64,000 nt of DNA. Source: Catajapyx aquilonaris (taxonomy: Eukaryota). Of the stretch, positions 1 to 13,106 are shown piece by piece; positions within the stretch are counted from its first letter, which is position 1; the number at the start of each line of letters is the position of its first letter. A program made the position numbers and the translations under genes. The DNA lies in the NCBI GenBank assembly GCA_000934665.2, contig KZ538319.1:1-64000 (forward strand), in the 5' to 3' direction. Below the pieces are notes generated by a model, which had not been told where the DNA came from, did no database searches, and saw only the letters and a program-made list of their open reading frames with translations.

Positions 1-1109
1 CGGGAACTGATATCCTAAAACGGAATATGCCAAAAAAATCCAAAAAATATGGGCGAATTTATTATGTAGTTTCCAAAATGAAGGCTAGTTCCCCATTCTC
101 ACAGACCATTATTCTGTTAATGTCTCGCTCACACTATAATGTCTTTTATTTGCTTAAAAACACCAGTTCTTGCAAGCTGGTGAACACACCATTTGAATGT
201 GCAATCTGGCTAGCTAGGGAAGTTGCCTTTGGTTGTAATAATATGGTATACACAACCAAAAGCAGCAATCTGTGTCAGTAGCTATGCAAGTTGCACATTC
301 CAAGGCCCCTGTGGAGGCATTTACACAGGCAAAACTGTCAGCGGGCAAATCTTCAAGACCAGAGAAGTCTTGTTGGGTCTCTTTTGTCATATCAATCTTG
401 TAATCAACCATGACAAGTCCTGTCATGCCTGCTTTGCACCAAGGAACAAAACCAAGAGGGCAAAGCTGGGTCTGATGGCAAGTTTGAGGTGAAATTATGG
501 TCTCACAACTAGCCCGCACACTGCCTACCCTCTCATGCTACTATATTCTGCAAAACTGCTCACGGAGACTTCCCTGCTGAAGGTATCACCTGGTGTAACT
601 ACCCCCTAATCAATGATGCACATAGCATTAAGAATTTAGAAAACGTGCCATTAAGTGTACCTCATAACAACCCATTTACATCATCAGTTTAATGACAAAT
701 GCAAACAGGCAACAATCCAGACAATGACAAGCATAATATGCCAAATCCAAATGCAGGACTGGTTAACTGTCATAAGCAGTAACTAAATCAATGTTGTGCA
801 TTGAGGCAAATGCAATTTTGCACATCAGTTTTTAAAAGTGTTCATTACAACATCCACAGCACCATCTATCAATTCTCTCAGAATTTACTGCCTACACCAA
901 TTCATAAGCATCATTTCCTTTTCAATTATTTATTCTAAGGCCAAACCCCTCCCGCTATGTAGGACAAATGCTGTAAAAGAAATTTAGTTAACTCGATGGC
1001 AACGACCCGCTGCCTTTTTGTCTGGCAGGCATACATGATCTCCATCCAACCGACGTCCGAACCAGTAACATCGTGCAGGGTACCCCATGCCTGCCCCACA
1101 GTGCAGTAC

Positions 1110-1200
1110 CTGTCTGTCCCTTCCCCAGGGTCTTCTCGAGTCGGTAAGGCCCGACGTACTGGTGGTGGTCCGAGCCCGCCGACCCCCCTTCCCTTTGCAT
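1110..1200 (-). CDS. BRSK: BR serine/threonine kinase (SAD-1/BRSK1/2 family), first coding exon; the gene continues off the left edge
   Basis: ATG at 1200 reads MQREGGSAGSDHHQYVGPYRLEKTLGKGQT-G, followed by a GTACTG donor at 1109 (phase 1). QYVGPYRLEKTLGKGQTG is the characteristic start of the BRSK/SAD kinase domain. Confidence 0.9.
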
Positions 1201-1751
1201 CTTGGTTCGCCCAGCCTCTCCACCTCCTCCTCCTCCTCCTCCACCACCGCCTCGTGCAGCCCCTCCTATGATCTTGCCCTTGTTCTGACTCGGGTCACCG
1301 GCCACCTCTGGTCCCGTCCAGCCTTCCCACCGTCAAGATCGGCCGCCCACCACCGGGACCGACCGCACTCGACACCAACTGAAAAAATATATCTACCCCA
1401 AAAAATGGTACACCCGACCTCCTCAGGCAGCCGCCATTTTGGAATTTTGCCCCTTTTCGGTCGAGGGGGGGGGAGGGAGGAGGAAAGGGGAGGCGGGGTT
1501 GCCCAACTGCACCCTAGGCGGAGTTGCCGCATACCACTTTCGGCCAAGGGGGCGGATGCATCTGCAGTGGAACAAGTGCAACGAAAAAAAGAAGAAGAAG
1601 AAAAAAAAAGAAAAACCAAGGAAAAGAAAGGGGGTTGGGGGGCGGGGAGAAGGGTAATAAATCACCGGTATTTCCATGCGGGGAGACTTGTCGTCGAACA
1701 TGTAGCCTACATAATTATGTTACGTACTATAGGTATACCGTGTGAGCCGTC

Positions 1752-1764
1752 AATAATAATAATG

Positions 1765-1844
<80 letters not shown>
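1752..1844. repeat. (AAT)n microsatellite
   Basis: Seen directly. Similar tracts lie at 11354-11425, 17991-18063, 46657-46714 and 51473-51539. Confidence 0.97.
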
Positions 1845-1845
<1 letters not shown>

Positions 1846-2483
1846 TAGCAGCAGCAGCAATAATAGCCTATGCTTTTGCCGCATTGGCACACCGTATTTA
1901 AGTTAGCCTACATTGCGTATAAAAGTAATCATGCAGGGTCTGGTGCGGTCTGGTGAATGTGAATAATTTTATGCTCCGATTAATAATAAAATATTACCGC
2001 ATCATACAGTATAATATATGTAGAGACTTTCAGGCGTAGCTGCATATATTAATAATTTAAAGGAGAAATAGCAGTTTTAGCAGGTTTTAGCTAGCGATTT
2101 TGGCACTAAGCTGCTTATTTTAAGCAACTATTTTTGAACATTTAGTTTAGTGGTTATGAAAAGTATTAGCTGCTAATATTAGGTTGTGGGTGACCCACCC
2201 CTCCAAGGGGATAACAACTTCCACAATCCGGTTACAACTTGTCGGATATTCCGGATTGTAATCCGACATTCCGCATTACAACCAGACAATCCACAATCCG
2301 GTGTACACTGACAATGTAGCGAGTTTTTACCCCCTTGCACCGCCCCTCCAAAATGTATCTACAAATTTCCGGTTCGAAATGTACATAATATGCGTATATT
2401 ATTCCGTTAATTTGCACCACTTCGTCCTAAATTCGCGTAATCTGGTATTTGATGAAGTTATGGAAAATCTCCGATTATGAATA

Positions 2484-3023
2484 CAGGGTGATCCAACTCT
2501 ATGGCACCAGTAGTTATTGAAAAAATCGCGCAAGCTGCTTGTTTATAAGCAAGTCGTTGCTAAGAGATGCTTTCTGGCTCTTTCTGGAGAATCGGGAATA
2601 GCACCTGCTGATATTAGGTCCAATGGCCATGTAACAATAATATTTTATTTGCTGGTAACTAAACAACGCTGCCTGTTGACCTGCCTCAGTTTTGCCAACT
2701 GCGGCCAACAATGAACAGACCAGAAGGCCTATTTATTGACACACCCGGGTCTGTCCAGTTCCGACGGATTAGACCTTTGGTTTGGCAGCTAGTGACCTCA
2801 TGTGAAACCCTCCAGCGAACACCAGAACAGCCTGTTTCCCACGGATGACCCTTTTTTCCCTCATTAATATTGTTACATGGGCATTGGACCTAATATCAGC
2901 AGGTGCTATTCCCGATTCTCCAGAAAGTATCTCTTATTGATCTCTTAGCAACGACCTGCTTATAAACAAGCAGCTTGTTGATTTTTCCAATAACTGTTGG
3001 TGCCACAGAGTTGGATCACCCTG
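2484..3023. mobile_element. Tc1/mariner-type MITE
   Basis: Long TIRs CAGGGTGATCCAACTCT...AGAGTTGGATCACCCTG, with TA on both sides. Confidence 0.85.
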
Positions 3024-4028
3024 TATATCAATTGTCCATTACTAATGCACTCTTTTGATATACATGCGGCACCACTGCATATAACACATTCCACCGTATC
3101 TGTAAAACTTCTAATTTTGTTCGTCAGATGGCAGGAGTGACCAGGTTTGCATGGTTTGCAGAGTTTCACAGTACTGTACATTGCAGTACATTGAAATACG
3201 GTATTCGACTACTTCTGGCAGATTATCTGACACTTGTTTCCAGTTACTCTTATCTTGAAGTGTTCCTGATCACCTGTTATTTAGAGACTTGAAAGCGTCA
3301 GAATCTATGATAGGAAATCTTCGAGACTATCATGAGTTGTTGAACTTGACTTATGATAGGGTGAAGGTAGTGGCAGTTCATGCCCTACGCAACTGCGGTA
3401 TAGTATCAGAATTGCATTTTAGGACTACACGCTGTCTTGACAAAAAGGATACCTATGATGCTGTACTGAACCTCACAGCTCGAATCACGTGGCTCGAATG
3501 ATAAAAATGCTTCATATTGCCAAGTCATTTATTGTCATAATAAGGGAAATTCTTGACTAGACTCAAGTGCCATATCATACTTTATCAAAGGCGGTTTCCC
3601 TTTTCTTCCCTTGACAATAATAAAACATTTCAGTTTCACAGGAATAATTTTAGCAACACCTCTTACATTAGCTGCAATAGGATTTCCATTATTATGAACT
3701 AATATGTAGGATTAATGCCTCTAGTGACACCCCAGTGTTCATGACCATAAGAGTATCATGATATTGACTCGATATCATGCAATTTAGGCCAGGATATAGG
3801 TCATAGGGTCACAATATTAGACACAATTGCACACAAAGAATGGGAGAAATGACGTACGACACTTTTAATGTGACTCCAGAATTTTCATCATCCTACAGTA
3901 CACGGGGTTTTGCAGGTTGGTGACGGTAATTATTTTGCAGATGACAATTCTGTAATCTCAAACTTTAAGCCAAACCTAGATGAGTGACAAGGTTTTGCAT
4001 TGTGAATGACATTTTATTCAAACATTTT

Positions 4029-4289
4029 TTTATTATTATTATTTTATTTATTTATTGGAAGAATCAGCACTTAATTAGGGGGGATGGAGTACCACCATTG
4101 GCTGGGGCCAAGGATAGGGAATGAAGGAAGAGGCTGTGGCCTATTATACGGAAACAACCCCGGAATTATCCTGGGGGGCCCGTGGAAAACCACAGAAAAC
4201 CACGGTCAAGGTTGCTGGCCCTGGGATTCGAACCCAGGACCTCCCGATTAGCAGTCGGGCTCCTTAACCACCACACCAACCTGCTTCGG
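4029..4289 (-). mobile_element. tRNA-derived SINE
   Basis: TSD TTTATTCAAACATTTT (4013-4028 and 4290-4305), B-box GGTTCGAATCC on the minus strand, and an A-rich tail. It shares its body with the copy at 15217-15552. Confidence 0.85.
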
Positions 4290-4934
4290 TTTATTCAAAC
4301 ATTTTAAAATTCAACATAACAACAATGGATCCCAACATGCAGTTACCAGCAGTATCCTCATATCTGCACAATCCATACATGCTAAATTATATCAAATTTG
4401 TGACACAAAGTCTATGAAAAGCCCAGATGATACATTACATGTCACCGACGTGAGCCTCATAAATCCTAGCATTCACTTATTGTGAGCCCATCATCACAAT
4501 TGATCACAATAATTGATATGTACACAACATTACAGACTGTTTTCAGCATCAGACTTGTCCACCAATATAACACTTCACAGTCTGTTAATAACAACATGCC
4601 TGCTATTAAATAATGTGTCACATGCCTACACCAGTAACCTTCTCATGAGACAATGCTTACCAGAAACTGGAAAATGTCCAAAGATCCTCTGGCATTTTGG
4701 CAGCTTATGTTTGTCCTGACATCCTAAACTGCACCGCCCTACAAACACGTCAACATACATAAAAAAAGGGGGACGCATCCAAACTTGGCTTCATCGCAAA
4801 AATCCAAACGCATCACATGACACTACCTCTTTTATTTACTAAAGGTGCATGTTTCATACCAAAAGACTTCAAAAAAACCCGCTTTCAAATCCCTCCCTCC
4901 AGACTCTGACCTCTCAATTTGAATACAATCCAAT

Positions 4935-7900
4935 TTACTTCTGCTCATAGTATCGCTTCTTCATGGTCCTGTACCTCCGCAGGTTGTACAGGGCCTCCAG
5001 CTCCTTTGCCACGTACTCTCCCTTTGCCAGCAATGACTCTATCTGCTTCGGGTCGCTCACGTCCTTGTTCTTGACAAATGCCATCTTCAACTTGTCGTGG
5101 AAATAGTCGTAACCCTTCGGGTAGTTGCGGCCAAGGTGCAACAGCTGAGCCGCAATTGTAAACGAGTTATGTGGGGTATTCTCAATTGCTGAACTGGCAA
5201 CATTGAACAACATCAAAATTACACATTGTGTCAAATTTTTGGGGAGGCAAAGAATTTCCGTAGGTTTTCATCCACATATTGGCTTGGCTAATAACAAATA
5301 AAGAGTTACCAGCTGGTTCAGTACTAGGGTTTATCTTGGGGACTTATGATGTGATTGTAACAATTGAAGGAGAGAAATTAAACAAGGCAAGCAAATTGGG
5401 AATAAATTGAAATCAGATTGGTTACCATGTTTTTAGTTTTCTCCCTCAATCATTGCACCCACAGACAGGACCCAGAGCTAATTTAATAATCTGGTGGGAA
5501 ATTGGGGTCATCTGGTGCGCATTGCTTACAAGAGAAAGAGAGGTGACATTCACTAACACCAGCACTATGTAATAAAATGTGGTCAATTCCTCTGTCATTT
5601 TCATCCTCAAGAACATAAAATATGACCTGGCCATCCACACCTTGACAATAATAATAATGCACCAATGGCACAAGCATCCAGTGTCGCCTTGCTTCTCAAC
5701 AGTACTGAGATCACAGTTATACATCTAATTCCAGACTGATTTAACCCATTTTCTCTAATTCTTCAGTGATGCAAACACTCTCATGCCAATGAGTGGTCTC
5801 AAAAACAAAAGCATATTCCAACTCATGCTGCGTATTTAGTACATGAACAGCAGCTGCAATTCCTAGTAATAATTGGTAACATGATGCAACCTCCCGACTG
5901 GCCTTGCAATTCCACTTTAACTGATACTGATGAGAATCAGAACTTCCCTATATTGGCATGAGCCACCGGAATTTAATTTGCTAGGCATTTTCCACTTCAA
6001 ACTACAGCCAATGAAGTCACATTAATTGGAACTCATCCACACATGATCATGCTTGCCTTCATGAACATGCATTAGTAGCCTGCAGTGTCCTTGGCCTCAT
6101 GTAATGAGTACTAAATACTACCTATTTTTAGACCCTCTGGACATAGACCCCATTGAACCCTGGGAGTCTGCTCAATTGTTATTTTTAAAGTATACTTTTG
6201 CCACCAGTGTACTAGCATTATCCTGATTTAAGTACGATTGCAATGACCTTTGATCAACATCTTGCCAAAGCATGGGGCTAATGATTTTCATCTGCCATTA
6301 ATGTGAGATAATTATAATATCCTTTTCATATTACCCCGACAGCACTACTTGCAGGTACTTACACATGGCATTTAAAAATTATAGGGTTTTTAATTATGCA
6401 CCAATTTCAAAAGTTTCAATCTAGACATTTCTGGGAGTATGTGAGCCCTGGAAGGAAATGCATTTTTCTCCTAAATATGGCTGGAGGGTTTGGGAGCTGC
6501 TAAATGGGTACATTAGTAGCAAGATAGCAAAATAAGTGGGAGTAAGTCTGGACTAAGAACCAATAGTTTCTGTTTCTTATATCCCTGCTGATTACAACTA
6601 CAGAGCACTTCATTTCCAAGACACATGACCTAGTTTAAATTATTTATTTTGATTAGTCACTTTGTAATTACACATTACTCAAAATTAATAGTTATGTAGT
6701 GCATGTAGCAAATGCTGTATGACCTAGTCCTGAGTTTCTGAACCTTTTTATCCTTGCGGAATCCTTGAAATAATGTTCATGTCTCAGGGAAGACCTACAT
6801 AAAAATTATTGCATGTCAATTAATGACTCAAAAATACATTTACATATGATTAGCCTCATAGACATTTTTAAAAAAACAAGAAAACCTGATAGGGCGGAGC
6901 CCTCTTAGCGGGGAAGGGGAGGTTCCCAAGGGAGGGCCCTGAATTTTTAGTCATTTCTGACTGTGAAATACACCAGACCTTTTCTGCTGGCCCCGGGCAG
7001 AGTAGGGAGTGCAATTCTGCCCCAGCATGTCGGGTGAAAAGCGGAAAAAGACCCGGCCAAGCAGAGATGACGGGGACGAGATTTGAACCCCGGCCTCCCG
7101 TTTGGCTGGCCAGTGGCATAACCACTGGACCACCATGCCTCCCCTGCCTCATAGACATTAAAGCTACCTTTAATATCTATGGATTAGCCTATTCATAGCT
7201 TTTTCTCATGGAACCCCTAGTGATGGCTCACGGAACCTGGTTGAGAAATTCTGCACGCGAGGGAAATCCAGACATTAACACCACAATCTTTGCAACTTGG
7301 CACATATTTTGTAATTGACACAAGTCACTTTGAGCATAAATATCATCTATTTTCTTCTCTGCTAATGACAGATGTCACACTTACAATCCAACCTGAATAT
7401 ATATGACATTCTAGATTGTACATGCCTCCATTGCCACAGAACATGCCAATAACAATAAGTTTACATTATTCTGTGTATTACATTTTATTTCATGAAAGCA
7501 CAAAAACATTATTCCTGTAGGTAGGAAAGAGAGGACATAATATGTGTAAGGCAAAAGGTTTTGAAGTAATCTCAAACCAGTTCACTGCCTTGACCCTAAC
7601 CTCTACCTTATCTACCACCTGATCTGAATTTGCACCCATTGACCTCTCATCCCTCCATCATTTATCAGTGAGAAATAATACAGCATACCATAGAAATCAA
7701 AACTTTCTAGTTGCATCAAAGAATTATTTAGGTCTTTTTGGTGTTATGTGGGCATGAGAAGAGAAACATGCAGCATGCTGTGTAAGAAGAATTATGTCAA
7801 TAGCAGCGAATGACATCATGCTGATGTCTGGGTATTAAAGGTTCTATTGTATTGCCTCTTTCTAAATATGAAACCATTATTTTAAAAATTGCAAACACAT

Positions 7901-9216
7901 CACTTACAAGGGAAGTGTCTGTAGTGCAATCGGCCAATTGGCCCGAAAATGACACTTCGGGTAAATCGCAGGCCAGAAATTCATTGGTGAAAATAAAAAG
8001 TGCCATTAGCCAAGCGTTTTCAAGATATGAGCGACGATAGGTGCACGGCAAACCTGCATGCAGTCGGTAGAGCATCCGCCTCATGTTCCAAAGTCTCCCC
8101 GTGAGTGTGCATATTTATAATTTTCGCCCTTCCCGGCTGTTTAGCAACACCGCAAACAGGTTGACTTTGATATTTCTTCTCTCATTTGTGTCCTTGTCAA
8201 CTCGCAATAACTGCTCAATGAAACCGCAACCGTAAATGAACGCATGTACAGGTAAACAAATCATTACGAAGGGACACGAATAATTTATTATTTACTGAGC
8301 TTGTGACTATTCATTTTTCCGAATATGAAGCCATGGAGAGAGTAGGTAAGCATCGGCAGAAGAAGAAAAAAGTAATGCACTTCCCAGCAAGATGTTTTAT
8401 TCCTGTTGATTGCAAAGGGGAAGATATGTGGTGATAAACGGTGAAGTTGGGATAAAAAGGAAAAGAGAAAGAAAAAGATGCTCCGAGACGAGAGAGGGGG
8501 GAAAAAGTCACTTTGTGCTGACTTGAACGGGGAGACTTTGGAACATGAGGCGGACGCTCTACCGACTGCGCGCAGGTTTGCCGTGCACCTATCATCACTC
8601 ATATCTCGAAAACGCTTGGCTAATGGCACTTTTCACCAATGAATTTCTGGCCTGTGATTTACCTGAAGTGTCATTTTCGGGCCGATTGGCCGATACCCCT
8701 ACAGACACTTCCTTTGTTAGTGTAAATGTCAAATGTTATCCACGAATAATGCGAGTGCTGCAAAACGAACACAAGTTTTCGGTGCACACATGTATTTTGT
8801 GAAATTTTCCTGCACATATTCTAAAGGCACTTTTTTTTTTTTTTTTTCTAAAACTTGCTATTGTCTCCCAAAAAGTCACCTACCCATTTTCCAGCCATTA
8901 CATAAGGCAAACCACACCTTCCACCTCAGGGAACTGCGTATGGATGGCCAGGAAACATATTTGTGATAAAAAGGTGCAACATAACAGCTCTTCTTAGTTT
9001 TTCGCATATGTGAGAATGCACCTTTAGGTGTTTACACATGAATAACCGATCTTTGAGGACATCTACATAGGCTACGTGTGAAGTCGTCACCACTGCACCG
9101 CCAATTTTTTTTGGCATTTGAGCAGCACCTCACATTTTTCATAATAATACAGAACACCTCAAAATTCTCACCGTCTTGTACAGTTGCACAACCCTAGATC
9201 GAGTATTGCTCGCCAT
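4935..9216 (-). CDS. ETFRF1: Electron transfer flavoprotein regulatory factor 1 (LYR motif protein 5), 84 aa, two coding exons
   Basis: Exon 9216-9172 ([15 protein letters not shown], donor GTGAGA) joins exon 5144-4935 ([15 protein letters not shown]...[29 protein letters not shown]) in phase 0. It has the LYK-type LYR motif and the KELEALY.LR.YR.MK.RYY C-terminus typical of LYRM5. Confidence 0.92.
6867..7145 (-). mobile_element. tRNA-derived SINE
   Basis: 14-bp TSD GCCTCATAGACATT (6853-6866 and 7146-7159) and A/B-box-like head. A related copy lies at about 49240-49460. Confidence 0.85.
7901..8722. mobile_element. MITE with about 200-bp terminal inverted repeats (CACT...AGTG ends) in the ETFRF1 intron
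   Basis: 7901-8101 is the reverse complement of about 8528-8722. No clear TSD, so the superfamily is uncertain. Confidence 0.75.
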
Positions 9217-9707
9217 TTGTGACCTCACACCCTCTCAGCACATCTGCATGGCAAACTGCAAATAAATAAAACTGTTATCACCATATTCTAATTATTAGTG
9301 AAACCTGCTTATAACAGAACCTGAGTACTTCTGGTCGCATAAAACCAGTTCTGCACACACAAAAAAAAGATCCGCTACAAACAGGTTTCACCACGTAGGG
9401 TCACTGTATTCTACTAGCAGCAGTGCACCGCCAAACATATATACCTTTTGTAGAAATTGGCTACTCTGTAACAATGGCAGTTGTACCCTGGGTTGTACTC
9501 GGAAGAGCAGCAATCAATGTCTGCGTCGGTCTGCGTGATATTCCACTGGCCTTGTGATTCTAAAACTGCGAACGACGGCACGTAACGGACCGGACCGGAA
9601 TGGACTGAGTTTAGAACAAGAAACGAACGGAGGGAACGGATACCGTTTCCGAACGAAAACGATGTGACGCATATAACGTTTCCTGAATGGCGCTAAACTT
9701 GTTTAGT

Positions 9708-9721
9708 GTTACCATGGCGAC
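9708..9721 (+). promoter_or_regulatory. RFX X-box in the bidirectional ETFRF1/DNAI7 promoter
   Basis: GTTACCATGGCGAC is a near-consensus palindromic X-box (GTNRCC-AT-RGYAAC, one mismatch) lying upstream of a motile-cilium gene. Confidence 0.7.
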
Positions 9722-10285
9722 TGTGCCCTTTGATCAAACAATCATTGTATATTTAAAAGAATTTCGGACGGACGTGACTCGATCGGTTCTGCTGATACGT
9801 ACACCAGACAGCTGCGGAGACAAAATTCCTTTTGATATCAACGGCCCAAACCTCCCAACACATTGGTGCTGGATCAAGGAAAATTACAAAGGCTGGCTGA
9901 ACAATAATTTTGATATCAACAATTCGGCTGAGGAACCTCTGAACACATCAGAATGGTACGAGTATGCAAATTTTGTAATCTGGACATCGGAGGTAACTTA
10001 CCCAATGTGGTAACTTCCATCCAAAAATGTTGGGATAAGTAAACAATCACGTCCGACGTTCAGACTAGTAGTAAGGTCATGTGGCATTGTTCTCGCATAT
10101 TTTTATTTTTATTTTTATCTGAAAAATGACCCGCTCTTTATTTAACATGCCAGATTCATATTTAATTATAATATAATATAATATATAATATTTAACGAGT
10201 TTTAATTATTACCGGTAGTTCATATGTTGGGTTAGCTTGCGTCTCCCTTCATCGCTGACTATACCCCTCATTAGGGAAATGTCGT

Positions 10286-10293
10286 GATGATGG

Positions 10294-10334
<41 letters not shown>
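10286..10334. repeat. (GAT)n microsatellite
   Basis: Seen directly. Confidence 0.95.
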
Positions 10335-10335
<1 letters not shown>

Positions 10336-10497
10336 GATTCATATTGATAAAGAGAATTAAAAGTTAGTCCTTATTACGCATATAAAGCGAGTATGGACAG
10401 ACGAAGCAGTTTAAAAAAATTGGTTGATTATATTCATGAGATTTTGCCATCACAATCTTAACTAGAGTGATCTTATGATAACAATGTTTTATTGCAG

Positions 10498-11353
10498 GGA
10501 CCAAAAGCAGCAGACAAAGGTGAGGGGAAAAAAGGAAAACTTTCGAAGAAGGAGAAGGATGATATGAAGAAGCAAGAGGAAGAAGCAACCCGGTAAGGAT
10601 AGAATAATCAATGCACATGCTGGCCTCAGGTTTTCGGCGTTGCAAGTCTAGCCATTAAAATTATGATTATACTAACGATTTTAACTTCAGAATGATCAGT
10701 GTATGATTGCAAAAAAGCTGGTCAAATATATATATAGAAATATTTATGTAATAGGTTTGAGAATTTCCGCTGTGGAGTTTTCCAGGTAGGCTAGTTGATT
10801 TCAAATATACTTGCCAAAATATGCAAAAATCAATATGGAAGATCTAATTAATATTATGACAGATACGATCGTATGAATGTCGGGTTATTTGCTCCAATAT
10901 GCGTGCAACTTACAAGAGAGGAGTAAAGTCATTTGCCAAAGGCATTATTTTGACGCTTTGAGAACAGTAGCCCGGTTTCTCAAAAGCTAGTATTAATTAG
11001 CACTTTTCATTTACAAATGCGAAGTCATGTAAATGAGCAGCACAAGACTAGATTTAACAGCAAAATATTTTTGCCAGAAATTATATTAACTTACTGAAAT
11101 TTTTGAGACCCAAAATCAGGATCGTTCAAGACTATCACTCAATGTGGATAGTGCATATGGCAGTATTTACACTAAATTGATACCAAATGGGATGTGCATT
11201 ATTTCTATCTCCATAATTTAGAAAATTGTGCTGTAAAACGGTAATTTGACACAAATTATAGGCTGTGCTGGTTCTGAGTGCTCCGCCCCCAGGACACTGG
11301 GCATCGGGTGGGATTATGTGAAAGATCTATTTACTTCCAAGCAGGGACACCTC

Positions 11354-11425
<72 letters not shown>

Positions 11426-13043
11426 GTGTTTTAAAATGTACGGGATGTAAGTCCCTCATTGCGCCGATGCAATGAGGTAAAATAAATTAATTGATTAATT
11501 AATTATACATATATATGATGAAACGTCGCGACATGACAGTAGGCCTATAATATTAAAACGAATAGTCATAGAATGCAGGAAATAAAATAATATTATTGTT
11601 GGAAATAACTTTTGTTGCCATACTCAATTTGACAATTTATCAAAATAATATTGCCCATATAACGAACATATATTGCATCGAAGGATTTAGAATGCTAATC
11701 TTAATGAAACAAATTGTTTTTTCACAGAAACAATGTCGGAACTTGACCTTTAACTTGTTGTTGTTGTTGTTGTTGTTTTGATGCGTGGGACCAGGATTGG
11801 TTATGATAATTATTATTATCCGACTGTCCCCCATTGGTTGATCTGTGCACGTGCCTCAATATTGCGCATCATTCTAAAAGCCAGGGAGCCTTTCCAACTC
11901 AAACAAACAAACCAGTTATTTTGCAATCCGATCCACTCTGCAGTGGTATATTTGAAGAATTATCATTCAAATGATCCAGAGTCTCGCCCACCTTTTTTTT
12001 TGTTGTCCACCATTTCCACAATTAAGGTCAGCTAACGTACATTGCGAAGGAATAGGGCCTATTGGAGGTGTTCCAAGTCAACAAATCCTAATGTAGGGCC
12101 TACCACTTCCTGACTCTCCCTTGCATTATTATTACTACCCTGTACTGTATAAGGAAATAATTTTTAAATAAACAGTCTAACATAACACAGCATACAGGCA
12201 TACATATAGATTGATCAAATGGAAACGAAAATTGTGCCACATTTTTAACTCGCCGTTTGGGATGTAATTACATAATTACAATGCAATTTTAGCCAGAAAG
12301 TAGAACAAGAAGAGCATGCTAAGTTGGAGCAAGAACGTCAAACGAAGGAGGCTAAGATGGATCTGGAGATCGAGGAGCATCTAGTAAGGTGCGAAGAACT
12401 GCTTAAGACGATGAGAAAAAAACAACGAAACAAACTGGAGATTCGTCCCTATTTCAAGGAAATTAAGGCGGAAATCGAGGTAGGAATCTAACTTGATTCT
12501 TCAACCTGAAAAATCGACTGGATAGGCCTAATTTTCTGAGAATATGACTGGTGGTACTTTCACATGTTATTATTTTTGATTATCACTAAAGATAGTTGCA
12601 CAGTGTAGCAACGCATAAGTAGTAACTATGAGCTAAATAATTTATTATGAAACACGCGGAATATATGTCGATACTGGCCAAATATGTCATACACCTTTAA
12701 AGGCGAATTTTTGGATGCAAATCAATAATCATTATTAGGTTCAGGAAGCAATAAAATATTATTCACTTTCCCATGAAAGTCTCTAACCCTTCCAACACAG
12801 GCACTAAATTATACGGACATAATAACCCGAATTATAGTAACTGAGGGGGAAACATAATTTAGTTAATTATGAGGGAAGATAATTATAAATTATCTGGTGT
12901 TGGTTTCATTCGCGGGAACATCACCTGGCCATCACATTGCATGTGTATGCCCTTCATTGCATCATACAGTTCATCACATTCGCTTCAAGATGGATTTTAG
13001 TTGCTCAATCACGAAAAGTTTTAACCTGATTCTCCCTACCATA

Positions 13044-13106
<63 letters not shown>

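Noticed and set aside
988..1305. The 105-aa ORF taken as a complete protein
   Set aside because: It starts at GTG and reads through the splice donor at 1109. Only 1200-1110 matches BRSK.
1087..1892. Long ORFs ending in poly-Ile, and similar poly-Leu/Met/Tyr/Asn ORFs elsewhere
   Set aside because: They are translations of (AAT)n/(GAT)n microsatellites or antisense GC-rich UTR sequence.
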